Source: Octopus vulgaris (taxonomy: Eukaryota). From it: 64,000 nucleotides of DNA. The first letter of the stretch is position 1, and each line of letters begins with the position of its first letter. Of the stretch, positions 40,479 through 53,055 are shown piece by piece. A program made the position numbers and the translations under genes. The stretch spans positions 70,990,001 through 71,054,000 of the forward strand of contig OX597831.1 in the NCBI GenBank assembly GCA_951406725.2. The letters are read 5' to 3'. The notes beneath the pieces were generated by a model. It was not told where the DNA came from. It ran no database searches and saw only the letters and a program-made list of their open reading frames with translations.

Positions 40479-40839
40479 TCTTGGTATTCGTAATATCAAC
40501 AGCAATGACAGATAAGTGGAAGCAATTGAAGAACAATTTCGGAACAGACCTGAGCTGTACCAAAGAGATTTGCTTTTGTTTCAAATTTTCAAATAGGAAT
40601 TTAATTGAATATCAGCCAGAGTATCGACTGAAATTCACTCTCATAGTCTTCAGTGGAGCAGATGAATTGAATATAACCACTTAGATAAGGATGTCTCTGA
40701 TGGTGGGGAGAGAGAGAGGGGAAGGGTGCGTGCCTACAGGTACACAATCTTACAGCAGTTGAATTTATTATATATGACAGCTGTTCAATTTTCCCATCAT
40801 ACCATTTCTTTTCTGTGGTTATAGTCATCCTCATTGCAG

Positions 40840-40860
40840 TCGTCATCAACATCATCATCG

Positions 40861-40955
<95 letters not shown>

Positions 40956-41172
40956 GTCATCGTCATCATCATCGTCATCATCATCATCATCATCATCATC
41001 ATCGTCGTCATCATCATCATCATCATCATCATCAGCGTCATCAGCAGCTGCAGCAGCAACAGCAGGATTTGATGCTTTTACTTTGTCCTTTTTCTTTGCA
41101 ACATCACCACATTGTCAATGTCATCATCATCATTATTATTAGCAGCAGCAGCAGCAGTTTCAAAAAAGTTAA

Positions 41173-41212
<40 letters not shown>

Positions 41213-41230
41213 GACATCATCATCATCGTC
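40840..41230. repeat. (CAT)n trinucleotide microsatellite complex
   Basis: Direct inspection; explains the poly-M/I/S ORFs. Confidence 0.95.
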
Positions 41231-41732
41231 ATAACTATTATTAGTAGTTGTCTTTCGTTATCAATGTTGTTACATTGACGTTAGGTTTTCCAAGAGAAGT
41301 CGGTGGTAGGCAGCCGAAGACACACAACTGTCAAAGTAGAGCAAAGCAAGGTAAACATTATTTGGAACTCCACAGATGATATCTGGCAGATTTGAGATGC
41401 ACAGATCAGTGTGCTATTATTTTAGACCTAATTTATTCCAATAATATATCCTCCTCCCTCCCCCACCTTTTCACATCATCATTATAATAAGGGTTGGTGT
41501 TGGGGGGGTATGATGATTGTTGTTGTTATTGAGGTGATGGTTGTTGTAGTTGCTGTAGACCTTGAGGTGATGGCTGTCAGTAATACTGAAGCTGCTGCTG
41601 CTTCTTGGTATACCACCACCCCTCTCTCTCTCTCTCTCTCACTCTCTTTCTCTCTCTCTCAACATCATACTGTCCTTCATTAGACTACCTAATAAGAGAG
41701 GAATCTATGAGATTGCTTTATTATAAACAAAG

Positions 41733-42501
41733 CAATAGTTCTCAATCTTTTTGACTTTATGACACACTTGGTATTAAATAAATAAATTAAAATTCACTGA
41801 TACACAGGAGATCAATTAAATGATTACTGCTGCACTATGCAGGGAAAGTTAAAACAAAAACCTATTAAAATTAGGGAAAAAAAATATTAAAAAAACTATT
41901 GCTTGCTTTGTTTTATCAATCCTACAGATATATAAATATGAATAACATGTTCTTCAAGATGGTAAAGAAATACTATAGATTCTCTAAAGATTTATATTAT
42001 AGGCACAGGAGTGGCTGTGTGGTAAGTAGCTTGCTTACCAACCACATGGTTCCAGGTTCAGTCCCACTGCGTGGCATCTTGGGCAAGTGTCTTCTGCTAT
42101 AGCCCCGGGCCGACCAATGCCTTGTGAGTGGATTTGGTAGACGGAAACTGAAAGAAGCCTGTCGTATATATGTATATATATATATGTATGTGTGTGTATA
42201 TGCTTGTGTGTCTGTGTTTGTCCCCCTAGCATTGCTTGACAACCGATGCTGGTGTGTTTATGTCCCCGTCACTTAGCGGTTCGGCAAAAGAGACCGATAG
42301 AATAAGTACTGGGCTTACAAAGAATAAGTTCCGGGGTCGATCTGCTCTACTGAAGGCGGTGCTCCAGCATGGCTGCAGTCAAATAACTGAAACAAGTAAA
42401 AGAGAGTAAAGAGAGAGTAATAGATCTTAGAATTAATGATATCCCATGTACCCCTTGTAACAAACACACCAGCATAATGGAGCACTATTCAAGAACTACT
42501 G
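41733..42501. mobile_element. Possible hAT/Charlie-like non-autonomous element split by a SINE
   Basis: Imperfect TIRs caatagttctcaat / attcaagaactactg; no convincing 8-bp TSD. Confidence 0.3.
42001..42420 (+). mobile_element. SINE family A, full length
   Basis: Head through tail intact. Confidence 0.92.
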
Positions 42502-42585
42502 ACATAAGATATAATTTAACAGTTTAATCTCTTGTTTTACTTATGCCCTATTTACAACTCCAGCTGGCCACAAGCTACTACTTTA

Positions 42586-42814
42586 TTAACCCTTTAGTGT
42601 TTGCATTATTCTGCCAAAATTAATGCTTCTTCATCCACATTGTTTTAAATTAATCATGCATTATCTATTAGCTATGAGATTTTGATGAGGTAGCTGTTAA
42701 TTTTTAAAACAACATTGTAGGGTTGGTGTGAGAGACCAGATCTGGCCAGTTTGAACATAAAACAGGCAGAATACTTTTGGCCGGATATGGCCGATTTAAA
42801 TGCGAAAGGGTTGA
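42586..42814. mobile_element. piggyBac-type MITE, family P1 (opposite orientation)
   Basis: TTAA-CCCTTT ... AAAGGG-TTGA; paralogous empty site at 42944-42947. Confidence 0.85.
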
Positions 42815-43013
42815 GCCAAATAAGAAACCCCTCTCTCCATAGTAGTCATAGGCAGTGTGACCCACAGAACTTTCTTACTGATATGCCTAATCTCGTTTTA
42901 TTTATGCCCTATTTGCTACTCCAACTAGCCACCAACTAATTTATTAAGCCAAATAAGGGACCTCTTTCTATAGCAGTCATGAGTAAACTGTGGTCCCTGA
43001 AACATTCTGACTA

Positions 43014-43232
43014 TACTCTTTACTCTTTACTCTTTTACTGGTTTCAGTCATTTGACTGCGGCCATGCTGGAGCACCGCCTTTAGTCGAGCAAATCGACCC
43101 CGGGACTTATTCTTTGTAAGCCCAGTACTTATTCTATCGGTCTCTTTTGCCGAACCACTAAGTGACAGGGACGTAAACACACCAGCATCGGTTGTCAAGC
43201 AATGCTAGGGGGACAAACACAGACACACAAAC

Positions 43233-43269
<37 letters not shown>

Positions 43270-43441
43270 CATATATACGACAGGCTTCTTTCAGTTTCCG
43301 TCTACCAAATCCACTCACAAGGCATTGGTCGGCCCGGGGCTATAGCAGAAGACACTTGCCAAAGATGCCACACAGTGGGACTGAACCAGGAACCATGTGG
43401 TTGGTTAGCAAGCTACTTACCACACAGCCACTCCTGCGCCT
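43014..43441 (-). mobile_element. SINE family A, full length
   Basis: Head through tail intact. Confidence 0.92.
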
Positions 43442-44879
43442 ATCATGCTAATGAAAATTTACTTTGAATTCTTTTAATGTTGCAGCTTGCTTAATGATGG
43501 GCTATTTCCTATGTGGCCCTGATTCTTGTAAAAGATTGCCTCTGCCTGCTTTGTAGGGTTGATAAACGGTGCTTGAAGTAGCAAGCAATTCAGTTAACTC
43601 CAAATTACAACCTACCGTTTTGGAAAAGGAGGACACATTGCATAATGTGGCCCCAGATATGAAGTGTCTGAGGAAAGAATGGGACAGTCGAGGTTTGAAC
43701 ACCTTTGACTGTCACTGTACTCAGTAAAGGCAGAACTAGGGTTAATGACACCTGTTTGTATCGTACAATACATATTTTGATTCTTCTAATAAAATAAAAC
43801 AAATATTTATTTGTTTACATTTATACACACATGGTTGATATATATATATATATGTATGCATGTGTGTGTGTGTGCGTGTGTGTGTGTGTGTGTGCATACG
43901 CCTGTCTTCTTTCAGTCTCCACCTACCAAGTCCACTCACAAGACTTTGGTTATTCTGAGGCTATAGTAGAAAAAGCACTTATTTAAAGTGCCACTCTGTG
44001 GAATTGAACCTGGAATCATGTGGCTGTGTAGCAAAACTTCTTATAACAGATAATTTGTTACTAAACAAGAACATCACCATCATCATCATCAACAACAACA
44101 GCATTTTTAATATTTATTTCCTTCAAGTTTATTTCTTATATTGTATGCCTCTCATTCTTCTTTCTCCTCTTCGTTTAAAATACTTCTTTAACTAAATTAA
44201 TCTTTTGCAACAACTCACGCAAATATTCTCATTTACACAAACCATGGAAACGTAAGAAATTAACATAATCCTATTAAACAAAAATAAACATAATGAATAT
44301 TGCTGTAACTTAGTCATAATGATAATTGATTAAAATATAGTTTAACCAATTTTGTATGTGTATGTGTGTGTGTATGATAGACTTTTCTCATCTATCTTGA
44401 TTACATTTATCTTAACATAAAGCATTTCTAATTAATCTTCCTTAGTGTTGAAAAGTTTTTTACTGATTCTTGTTATTAAACTCCAGCTCAGTGCACTCTG
44501 ATTGAGCAGGCCTATGATCAAAAGCATTCTAGTCTTGACTAGTTATCATTTTTTTCTTTTCAAAGATGCTATAATTAGGACTATATTTTCTTAATGCTTT
44601 TTAAAAATTAAACAGGTGTCTTTAAAGGAAAATTTGGTTGCTATTTCCAGCAAGAAAAACAAATGCATACCGTGGTTTGTTTCTAGATGTTGTTATCATT
44701 ATTGGCTAGCTCTTGTTATCTTTGCTTCATCAAACATTTTACGTAGAAATAGCTGAATCAAACATTGCACTGACTTAGTTTTAGCATGGTATTTACAACA
44801 ACCTACATAATCTTTATTTGGAGGAATTCATATTCTTAAACACTGTGTGAACTTTATTCAAATAACAATAGGCAGTTTG

Positions 44880-45314
44880 AGCAGTTGTATACTGTCAACT
44901 TAACGTGACAGTCCCATAAAGGAAATCACACCACCGCTATTTAGCCCTAGCAAGCATCAACTCTTCCTGTCAGCCTTGACACATTTCCTGTGTCCTTATG
45001 TTTACAAGGGGGAGACAAGCACCCCATCCGGCTAAGCCTGCATCCAGAGACATGTTTCTGAGTCTTTGCTCGTCATCTGTCTGGAGTAGCATGGCTTACT
45101 AGCTGGCTGCAGATGCCTGTCTAGAGTTTCTAAACATATAATAATTCCAGTGAAATAAATCCACTGATCACAAAAAATAGAAATATTCCATTTCTAAATA
45201 TCTCAGAGAGATATAAGCAGTGATGGAATGATAGAGCAGTTGTATACTGTCAACTTAACGTGACAGTCTTATAAAGGGAATCACACCACCGCTATTTAGC
45301 CCTAGGAAGCCTCA
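44880..45314 (-). mobile_element. Retrozyme-like non-autonomous retroelement (355-nt unit plus 82-nt terminal redundancy)
   Basis: Direct repeats 44879-44960 and 45234-45315 (5 mismatches); TSD (A)GGCAGTTT(G) at 44870-44879 and 45315-45324; internal hammerhead-like fold. Confidence 0.65.
45028..45106 (-). ncRNA. Minimal type I hammerhead ribozyme-like motif (mutated copy)
   Basis: Minus strand TCCAGA-CAGATGA-cgag caaaga ctca-GAAA-CATG-TC-TCTGGA; stem I extends via taagcc/ggctta. Confidence 0.65.
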
Positions 45315-48223
45315 AGGCAGTTTGCTGAGAAGATTTTACTGCAGCATTAAATTGTTCATGTCTTTTGTTACCATATTTCCATCGAAATACACTACTTTTG
45401 TTTCAGTTAAATTGAAAATAAGGATGAATTTTGTCATTATTGAGCTGGCATTTGGAACATAACACGACATTTTGATGAAAGGCTTTAATTAAGATTACCA
45501 TAAAACAGGGGCTTTATGTTACAGAACCAGTGGTGGTCCCAAGTCTGTTCATACAAAAAGGGACTTCTGAGACACTCATTACTTGCTCTAGAATTTACCT
45601 CTACTCGATGCTCCATAATGCTCTTATCTCATTCCCATTCTTATTTTCTCTTCTGGTTCCCATTCATCCTACACTAAACATGTTACCTCATTGTTTCCCA
45701 GAATTAATCCACCTCACTGGAATTTCCGCTTTGGCCTCGTTTTCCCTTGCAGATGCCCAAGCTCAATATCCATTGCATTGTATTTCACTAGTTTGGGAGA
45801 TCCTAGAAATAATATCAGAGATGTTTCACTTTCACTTATTAATATAAAAATAAATAAATATTTATTGTAAAGAGTTAGAGCATTTGTGATCTTTTATATC
45901 TTATGAGAAGCACTTTTCACATAGTGGGACCCTGTCTCTATGGCTACTACTTGGATTTTTCTGCTGAAAGGAAGATAGCATTCTTGTCTTTTGTCGAGTG
46001 ATAGCCTCTTGTTTTAACAAATTTTCTGACATTTTCCTTCTTTTTGTATCTTATAACAATGGTTCATTTCCTTTACTGTTGAAATACTGGAGGATATTTT
46101 CTCCAAAGGATTAAGGGAAGTGTGGATACTATAGGTAACAGCTGAATGACTATCTAGAAACAAGCTAATAAGTCTCTAAATAGTTGCTCAGCATGCTAGA
46201 AATGGTAGCCAAATCTGTATCAAAGCACTCTTATACTTGGTTGTAACCAAGAATGTTTTATTGTGATATAACAGAATCTCTTGTGGTTTTAAAGGTCCTC
46301 GAGGGCTTAACGAGGAAGCACAGGCATGGTACAGTGATGCTGAAATGTCTCCATGGTGCAGGTTTTTCTCAAGTCAGCACCATGGAAGCACTCCATGAGT
46401 TTTCCATACAAGTAAGCCTCCCCTTTCCATACCACTAATGAAGAGTAAGGCCAATACATCTTAAAACCAACATCATTACAGAAGTTGCCAGAACAAAGTG
46501 GGAGACACTACTGGTTCGCCTAAAGGACTCTAGCACCAGAATTTGTTCTCAAAATTTAATCATGAAGCCTCTTTTATAAGTGAATATGGCTATAAGGCAG
46601 TTTGAAGTCAAAGTTTTTACTTCTATATGGCCTTCTCTCCCATTTACTAAGTTGCATTTAGTCAAAGTACTGATTTTATGGCATCAGGATCCACCTTCAC
46701 CCTTTCTCCTTGTCAAAATTAGTGACTTAGCTGAATGAGTAGGCTAGATGTTGGGCATGGTTGTCAGACACTGAGATGATGCATATGATAAGGAATACTT
46801 AGTGGGAATTTGTCTCCACTACCATTTCTAAGTTTGGAATCATACTGTCTCAAAAGAAAAATAAGAAACTCTTTGGATAATGTAGATCTAATGTGATTTT
46901 GTTAAGATGGTCATGGCTGGAAAGTCTTTGATCATTGGTCTGCTATGCATAACAATAACACTAACTGAATAGCAATAACTATGGAGAAGCTTTATCATTC
47001 ATACATGATGTTCATTAAGGTGCAACATTAGATATTTCCAATGACAACAGAGAAACAGCTTCAGTGATGTTTCCGTGGTTCAATTCATAGCCGAGGAAGG
47101 TTATAAAAGGAACTTCATCGCTGGTTTTAATGTTTAGAATATTATTTTAATTATATAATTAATCTACTGTTTGTGCTGTAGATCTAACAATATTGCAGCT
47201 TTCCTTCTAACTATTGTCAACACTGCAAGATCTTTGACACAATGGTTAAGTAATATTGAGTGAATCCTTCTAAAGTATTGAAGAAGAATGGGTGTGTTGA
47301 TAACTCTGCTACTGGAAGGAAGTTAATGTAAAGATATTAAATTTTACTCAAAAGAATGGTATTACTTCAATAATACCTTTTAGATATTATTGTACAAGGC
47401 CAGCTTAGAAGCTGATTAAGAAAATTTATAAGAATGGATGAAAATACCATAAATAATATGAAAGCAAAGCTAATGAAATAAAACATTTTGGTATAACTTT
47501 ATGGCTGAAGCTGTAGTGAAATTATGCTTTCATAGAGAATGCTTTAGAAGGGAGAATGAAACACAGACCACTGAAGTAATAATGACTTCGATACACTAGC
47601 TTTGATAATAAATAGCTAATTTCAGATAAATGTAAAACTGTTCAGCTTTTGATGAGAGAACTGTGTAATTAAATACTGAGACATATTTATGAATAAATGT
47701 TTGGTCTAGGTAGAAAGAACAATATTTGTTCTATCTTATATGACAATAAACATAAATAAAGAGTGGCCATAGCATTTAATAATGAGGAATCATTAGGTTC
47801 ATGCTGTGTGATTATGGAAATAGTTATGAGGATTGTTTAAAGACATCTGAAACATTTGCTGCGATAATTGATAGTGTATTTATTACAGAGGGAAAATATC
47901 TGATGCTCTGGGCATTGTATAGTGGGGGGTGGGCACTGTTGGAAGATGGTTAAGTGTATGAAGAAGAAATTTTGAAGACAAAATGATTGTAATAAACTGC
48001 AGACAACCATAGCTAAGTGGAGGAATCAACAGTAATTTTTAGCTAATTGAAATTATTAACTTATTTTCACCTGTGCATATCCCTAATGTTTGGTCCCTTA
48101 ATCCCTTTCAGTGTGATACCATTAATGCTGATGACTTTTTTTTTAGAGTAAGGATTTCAAGTATGTAACATCTTTTTTTTTCAACACAGCACATTAAGTT
48201 TAGCAGCCTGCATTTAATTATAT

Positions 48224-48626
48224 CTCTTTTACTCTTTTACTTGTTTCAGTCATTTGACTGCGGCCATGCTGGAGCACCGCCTTTTAGTCGAGGAAATTGA
48301 CCCCGGGACTTATTCTTTGTAAGCCCAGTACTTATTCTATCGGTCTCTTTTGCCGAACCACTAAGAGACGGGGACATAAACACACTAGCATCGGTTGTCA
48401 AGCAATGCTAGGGGGACAAACACCGACACACAAACACACACACACATACATATATATATATACATATATACGACAGGCTTCTTTCAGTTTCCGTCTACCA
48501 AATTCACTCACAAGGCATTGGTCAGCCTGGGGCTATAGTAGAAGACACTTGCCCAAGATGCCACGCAGTGGGACTGAACCCGGAACCATGTGGTTGGCAA
48601 ACAAGCTACTTACCACACAGCCACTC
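48224..48626 (-). mobile_element. SINE family A
   Basis: Near full-length young copy. Confidence 0.9.
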
Positions 48627-51600
48627 AAAGTATCCTTAAGAAATTTTCTAATGTTATTATTAGAACTGCTCTGTGTCTTAGAGATGAAAGAATATTAGAG
48701 TTATTGATCAATGTTTGAGGCACTGACAATGATGGGAGATATTTAAAGATAACAATCTTCAGGTGATAGTCTTTCAATGTACAGGTGATAGTCTATCCAG
48801 GTGTGATGAAAGACATTATAATGAGTACAACAGGTTTCAGGTAATGCATACAAATTAGAAATGTGCTGACAGGATCTACGTAGGAGGAGATAGTAAATTC
48901 AAACCTGAAGTTGACATAGAAAGAACTGAAATGAAGAAATAAGGTTTCAGTGATGAAGTGATGAGAGAAAAAAAGAAAGAAGCATGTGCTCCCTCTCTGT
49001 TTTAAGGTTGACTTACTTTTGCAACATCATTGCCTTTCATGCATGTTTTGTCTATGTTAAATATGGGTTGGATAGGTCTGCAATACAGTACTTTTTTATG
49101 TGCTTCAGTACTGAATCATCGTATCAGCTGGACACAACTTTCTTGAGTCCTTTCTTATTGTAAAACTAATTAGTTTACACCATAGGAGAAAACAGAGTTC
49201 TGAGAAAGTTTTGAATTTTCTGCTAGGTTATTTTTCATAGTACGCTTATAACCATTTTACTAAACTAACATTGTTCATGCATAAAGATTACATAATCTAG
49301 TATTTACTCTTTCATAAATCCAAAGCTTTGAGCCTTTGTAAAAAAATATGTTTATTTTCAGTTGTCATAGTCACTTTAGTTTTGTGAAAGCAAGTACTAC
49401 TTTTCAGAAGTCCTCTTCGTTTATTATACACTTATCACAGACACACCTATTGATATCTTCCACATTTCAGCTAGCATTAATCATCCACAGCTAGTAAGCC
49501 ATTTACTATGGACATGTGATAAAGATAAGGAATTGTTTTTAAGCTGTCAAATGGTGATAGCCAGAATATAAGGAAACAGCTTACCCACGTAATTAATGTT
49601 GTTGCGTCACTGAAGACTGGATATTTCGGATTACTTTCACAAACATTCATTAAAGTATATATTATATACTTGTGTGTATGTGTGTCCATGTGTGTTTTAC
49701 TTTCTTTTTCATTTCAGTATATAAGAGAATGTTCAAAGAGTGTATTTCTGTATAAGAGAGGGTATAAAAGAGTTTCATCAGGGAACACTACACACTAGAT
49801 ACTTTAGCAAGTATTCTTGTTCCCAGGAAATGCCCTTTTGATACCAGCCCATGTAAAATCACCAATGGCTTTACGATACAAATTCCTTGTTTCAAAATTA
49901 CCTAAATTTAAACCTTTTATCAAAGTTTCCTACTAATCTAATGTTCCAGACACCACAAAGTTGTTTTACTAAATTTTTTGTTGTTTTCAAAATTAATTAC
50001 CACAAAAACAGTGTATTTCAACAGAAATATTATAATACAAAGGTTAACATTGGACATACTCAGTAAATTGAATTTTCAACACTTATCAAGTTTTGATATG
50101 AGCACTACAAACTAGCTTGTTTACATTCATTCATACACTATAGTCAAAAATTACTGTGAGCATGTAGCTAAATTTACCTCAGCACATAATTATTTCCATA
50201 ATACAATGGAAATCTTATTATATGGAAGCTACAGCTAACAATTGAACTAACACACACAACTAGTATTACAAATACAAAAACAAATGATGTTATAGACTTT
50301 TGTTTATCAAAATGATATTTCAATTATTCATCTCTCTTAATATTTTCTCTGAATATTTCATATGAATTGGTAGTGACCTAGTTTAATTCTTGTTTGCATT
50401 AAGAAAAACATATTTCAGCATCTCAGAAAACACTTGGATTTTACAAAACATTTTGTAATTTCTTCTTCACAACAACAATTAAAAGCAGCTACATACAAAC
50501 ACTATATACTTAAAATTTGTAAACCAAAATGTTACAATGCCTTGAGGAATGGAAAATTTAATATTTCTAACCCATACTGAGAATAAAGAAGAGGCAGAAA
50601 TGGTATTTCTGTTCCATTTCTAAGTGAGCATGTGATGAAGGAATTTTTATTAATACAGACACTCTTCAAGTTTCTTGGATTCCAGATTTTGCTCAAACTA
50701 CTTTATGTGAATGTGAGTGGGTATGAGTCTGTGTATGAGTGTGCGAGACCATATGTATGCATGTGTGTATGCATGCACACGTGTGTATGCATGCACATGT
50801 GTTTATGTTTGTGTATAAGAGTGGTGGGGGAGAAAGAAAATTGAAACTGTTGATCTTTTATTATATTTCATTTTTGTTTGAATATGAAAAATGTATTACA
50901 AGAGATGTCAATTGTCACAAGTAAAGAAAAACACCAAATGTGGAACCATACTGAGTATTCATTTCAAACCTGTTAAAATATCTGCAATTAATATTTAGAG
51001 ACTTGCAGAGAATATTTTACTTTGGCATTAAAAGCCAGAAAGAAAATATCTCCATGTCCTCATCTTTTCCCCTCCGCCACCAACGCTATCCTATTTAATT
51101 TTAATCAGGAAATATGACAGGAAATACAAATTTTCTTTTCTCATCATTTTTACATTAATTAGCTCACACCACACAATAGAGCAGACTTTAGTTTCCAGCT
51201 AAGACTTTTTTTTTCATTATAAGCTTGAAACCATTTTACTACACTAACATTGTTAATGCCTGGCATAAGTGCATTTAGTACAGGTACGATCTCAACCGGT
51301 TCTCTTTCCTCAGCTCCCTACACATGTGTGTGTGTGTGTGTCTGTGTCTGTGTCTGTGTGTGTGTGTGTGTGTCTGTGTGTGTGTGTGCATGTGTGCATG
51401 CTTGCTTCTGTAGATTCTATTATATTTTTACTGGTTTCAAACATTGATCTGTGGCCATGATGCAGCAATGAACTGACTTCAAGGCTTTTACTCAGTTATA
51501 CCAACCCCTCAGAACTTAAACTGGAAACTATTTTATCTGTTTTTAATTATCAAATGGCTAATTTTGCATCAGTTGCTTTCATTGAGGGAGTTCTTTCTCT

Positions 51601-51687
51601 TTCAGGATATAAATACCACAAGGTATATTGGTATATATATATAGACACTGACACACACATAAATATATATGTGTGTGTGAATTTTTT

Positions 51688-51886
51688 ATCTTTTACTTGT
51701 TTCAGTCATTATACTGCAGCCATGCCGGGGCACCACCTTGGGCAATTTTTAATCAAACTATTTAACTGCAGCATTCATTTTCTGTTTTAAGCCTCATACT
51801 TATTCTATGAGTCTCTTTTACTGAACCACCAAGTTACAGGGATGTAAACACACCCATATTAGTCATCAAATGGTGATGAGGGACAA

Positions 51887-51920
<34 letters not shown>
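51688..51920 (-). mobile_element. SINE family A, 3' half (5' half at 55135-55318)
   Basis: Tail through ggacaaacacac(at)n microsatellite, then breaks into the Gypsy remnant. Confidence 0.75.
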
Positions 51921-51921
<1 letters not shown>

Positions 51922-53055
51922 AATGTTGAAGAAAGTTATGCCTATCCCCAATTCATGAAATGTGTATATCCGACGTACAGAAGGACATAAAAGTGGTGAT
52001 AAGAATATCCATTTATAAAAGTGGCGACAAGGATAACCTCTATCAAAAGTGGTGACGAGCTTATTTGTAGATTATGTCGGATGTTAACATTTTCTTTTGA
52101 TACAAAATAATTAAAAAAAAGTTAACATTGGAAGACTTATTAGCCTCTGTAGTGCAGTGCAACAGCAACAGCTGAAAGAGTCAAACAACAGTACTCAAGA
52201 GTCAAACAACAGTACCCAAGGGTCAAACAGCAGTTGTTGGAATTAGTGTTGAAGTCCAAAAAATACTTCAAGTACATTTGCACCAGACAGCATAGCAAAC
52301 ACAAATTGCAGAATTTAGTTATAACCCAGAAGAAGGTATTACTTTCTCTGCATATTTCCAAAGATATGAAGAAATCTTCAAAGAGAAATTCAAAAATTAG
52401 ATGGAGAATGAAAAGGTACGACTACTTTTAAGAAAATTATCCCCTGCCAAACATGAAAAATACTGGAACTACATTCTGCGAAAAAAAGCCATGTGAAATT
52501 GTTTCAAATGAAACAAAGAGTGTGCACTGATTTTTCCACTAGTTTAAATGAATGTCTTAAGATGTGCCACTAGCCACTACCTACTCTGGATTAATTTGTT
52601 AATGAGACAAAAAGAAAACTGTGGTCAATAAATGGAAATAAAGAAAGGCCTGATGCAAAAAAACACACTAAAATATGAGCGTGTTCTCTATATTTGATGG
52701 TGTACAAATGTGCGCTTGGAGGATGGCCATACCACTGATATTACAGAGGAGAATGCTAAAAGAGTTCCATGTGGGACACCTAGGCATCTCTAGAATGAAA
52801 GCACTGATGCACAGTTTTGTATCCTGGCCAAACATGGACAAGGAAGTTGAAAACCTGGTAAAAGGTTGTAGAGGATGTGTGTTGACAGCAAAACTATATA
52901 ATACAAAATGTGATACTTGACCGGAAGTGAAAAAACCATGGTCCGATTGCATATCAATTTTGCAGTCTCAGTAAATGGATATTATTACTTAATAGTAGTG
53001 GACAGCTACACAAAATGGCCTGAGGTCACGAGGTGTAAACGACCAACCTCATATA

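Noticed and set aside
40601-41278. Poly-Met, poly-Ile and poly-Ser ORFs
   Set aside because: Different frames of one (CAT)n microsatellite
43557-43735. Unique-looking segment after ctttgtag, possible exon
   Set aside because: Stops follow the acceptor; the remaining ~52-codon frame has no recognisable homology
46980-48960. Purine-skewed stretch that may be an ancient LINE
   Set aside because: No motif series could be recovered by eye
51985-52065. Repeat-spacer pattern as a mini CRISPR array
   Set aside because: Only three short imperfect repeats with ~10-nt spacers, eukaryotic retroelement context, no cas genes
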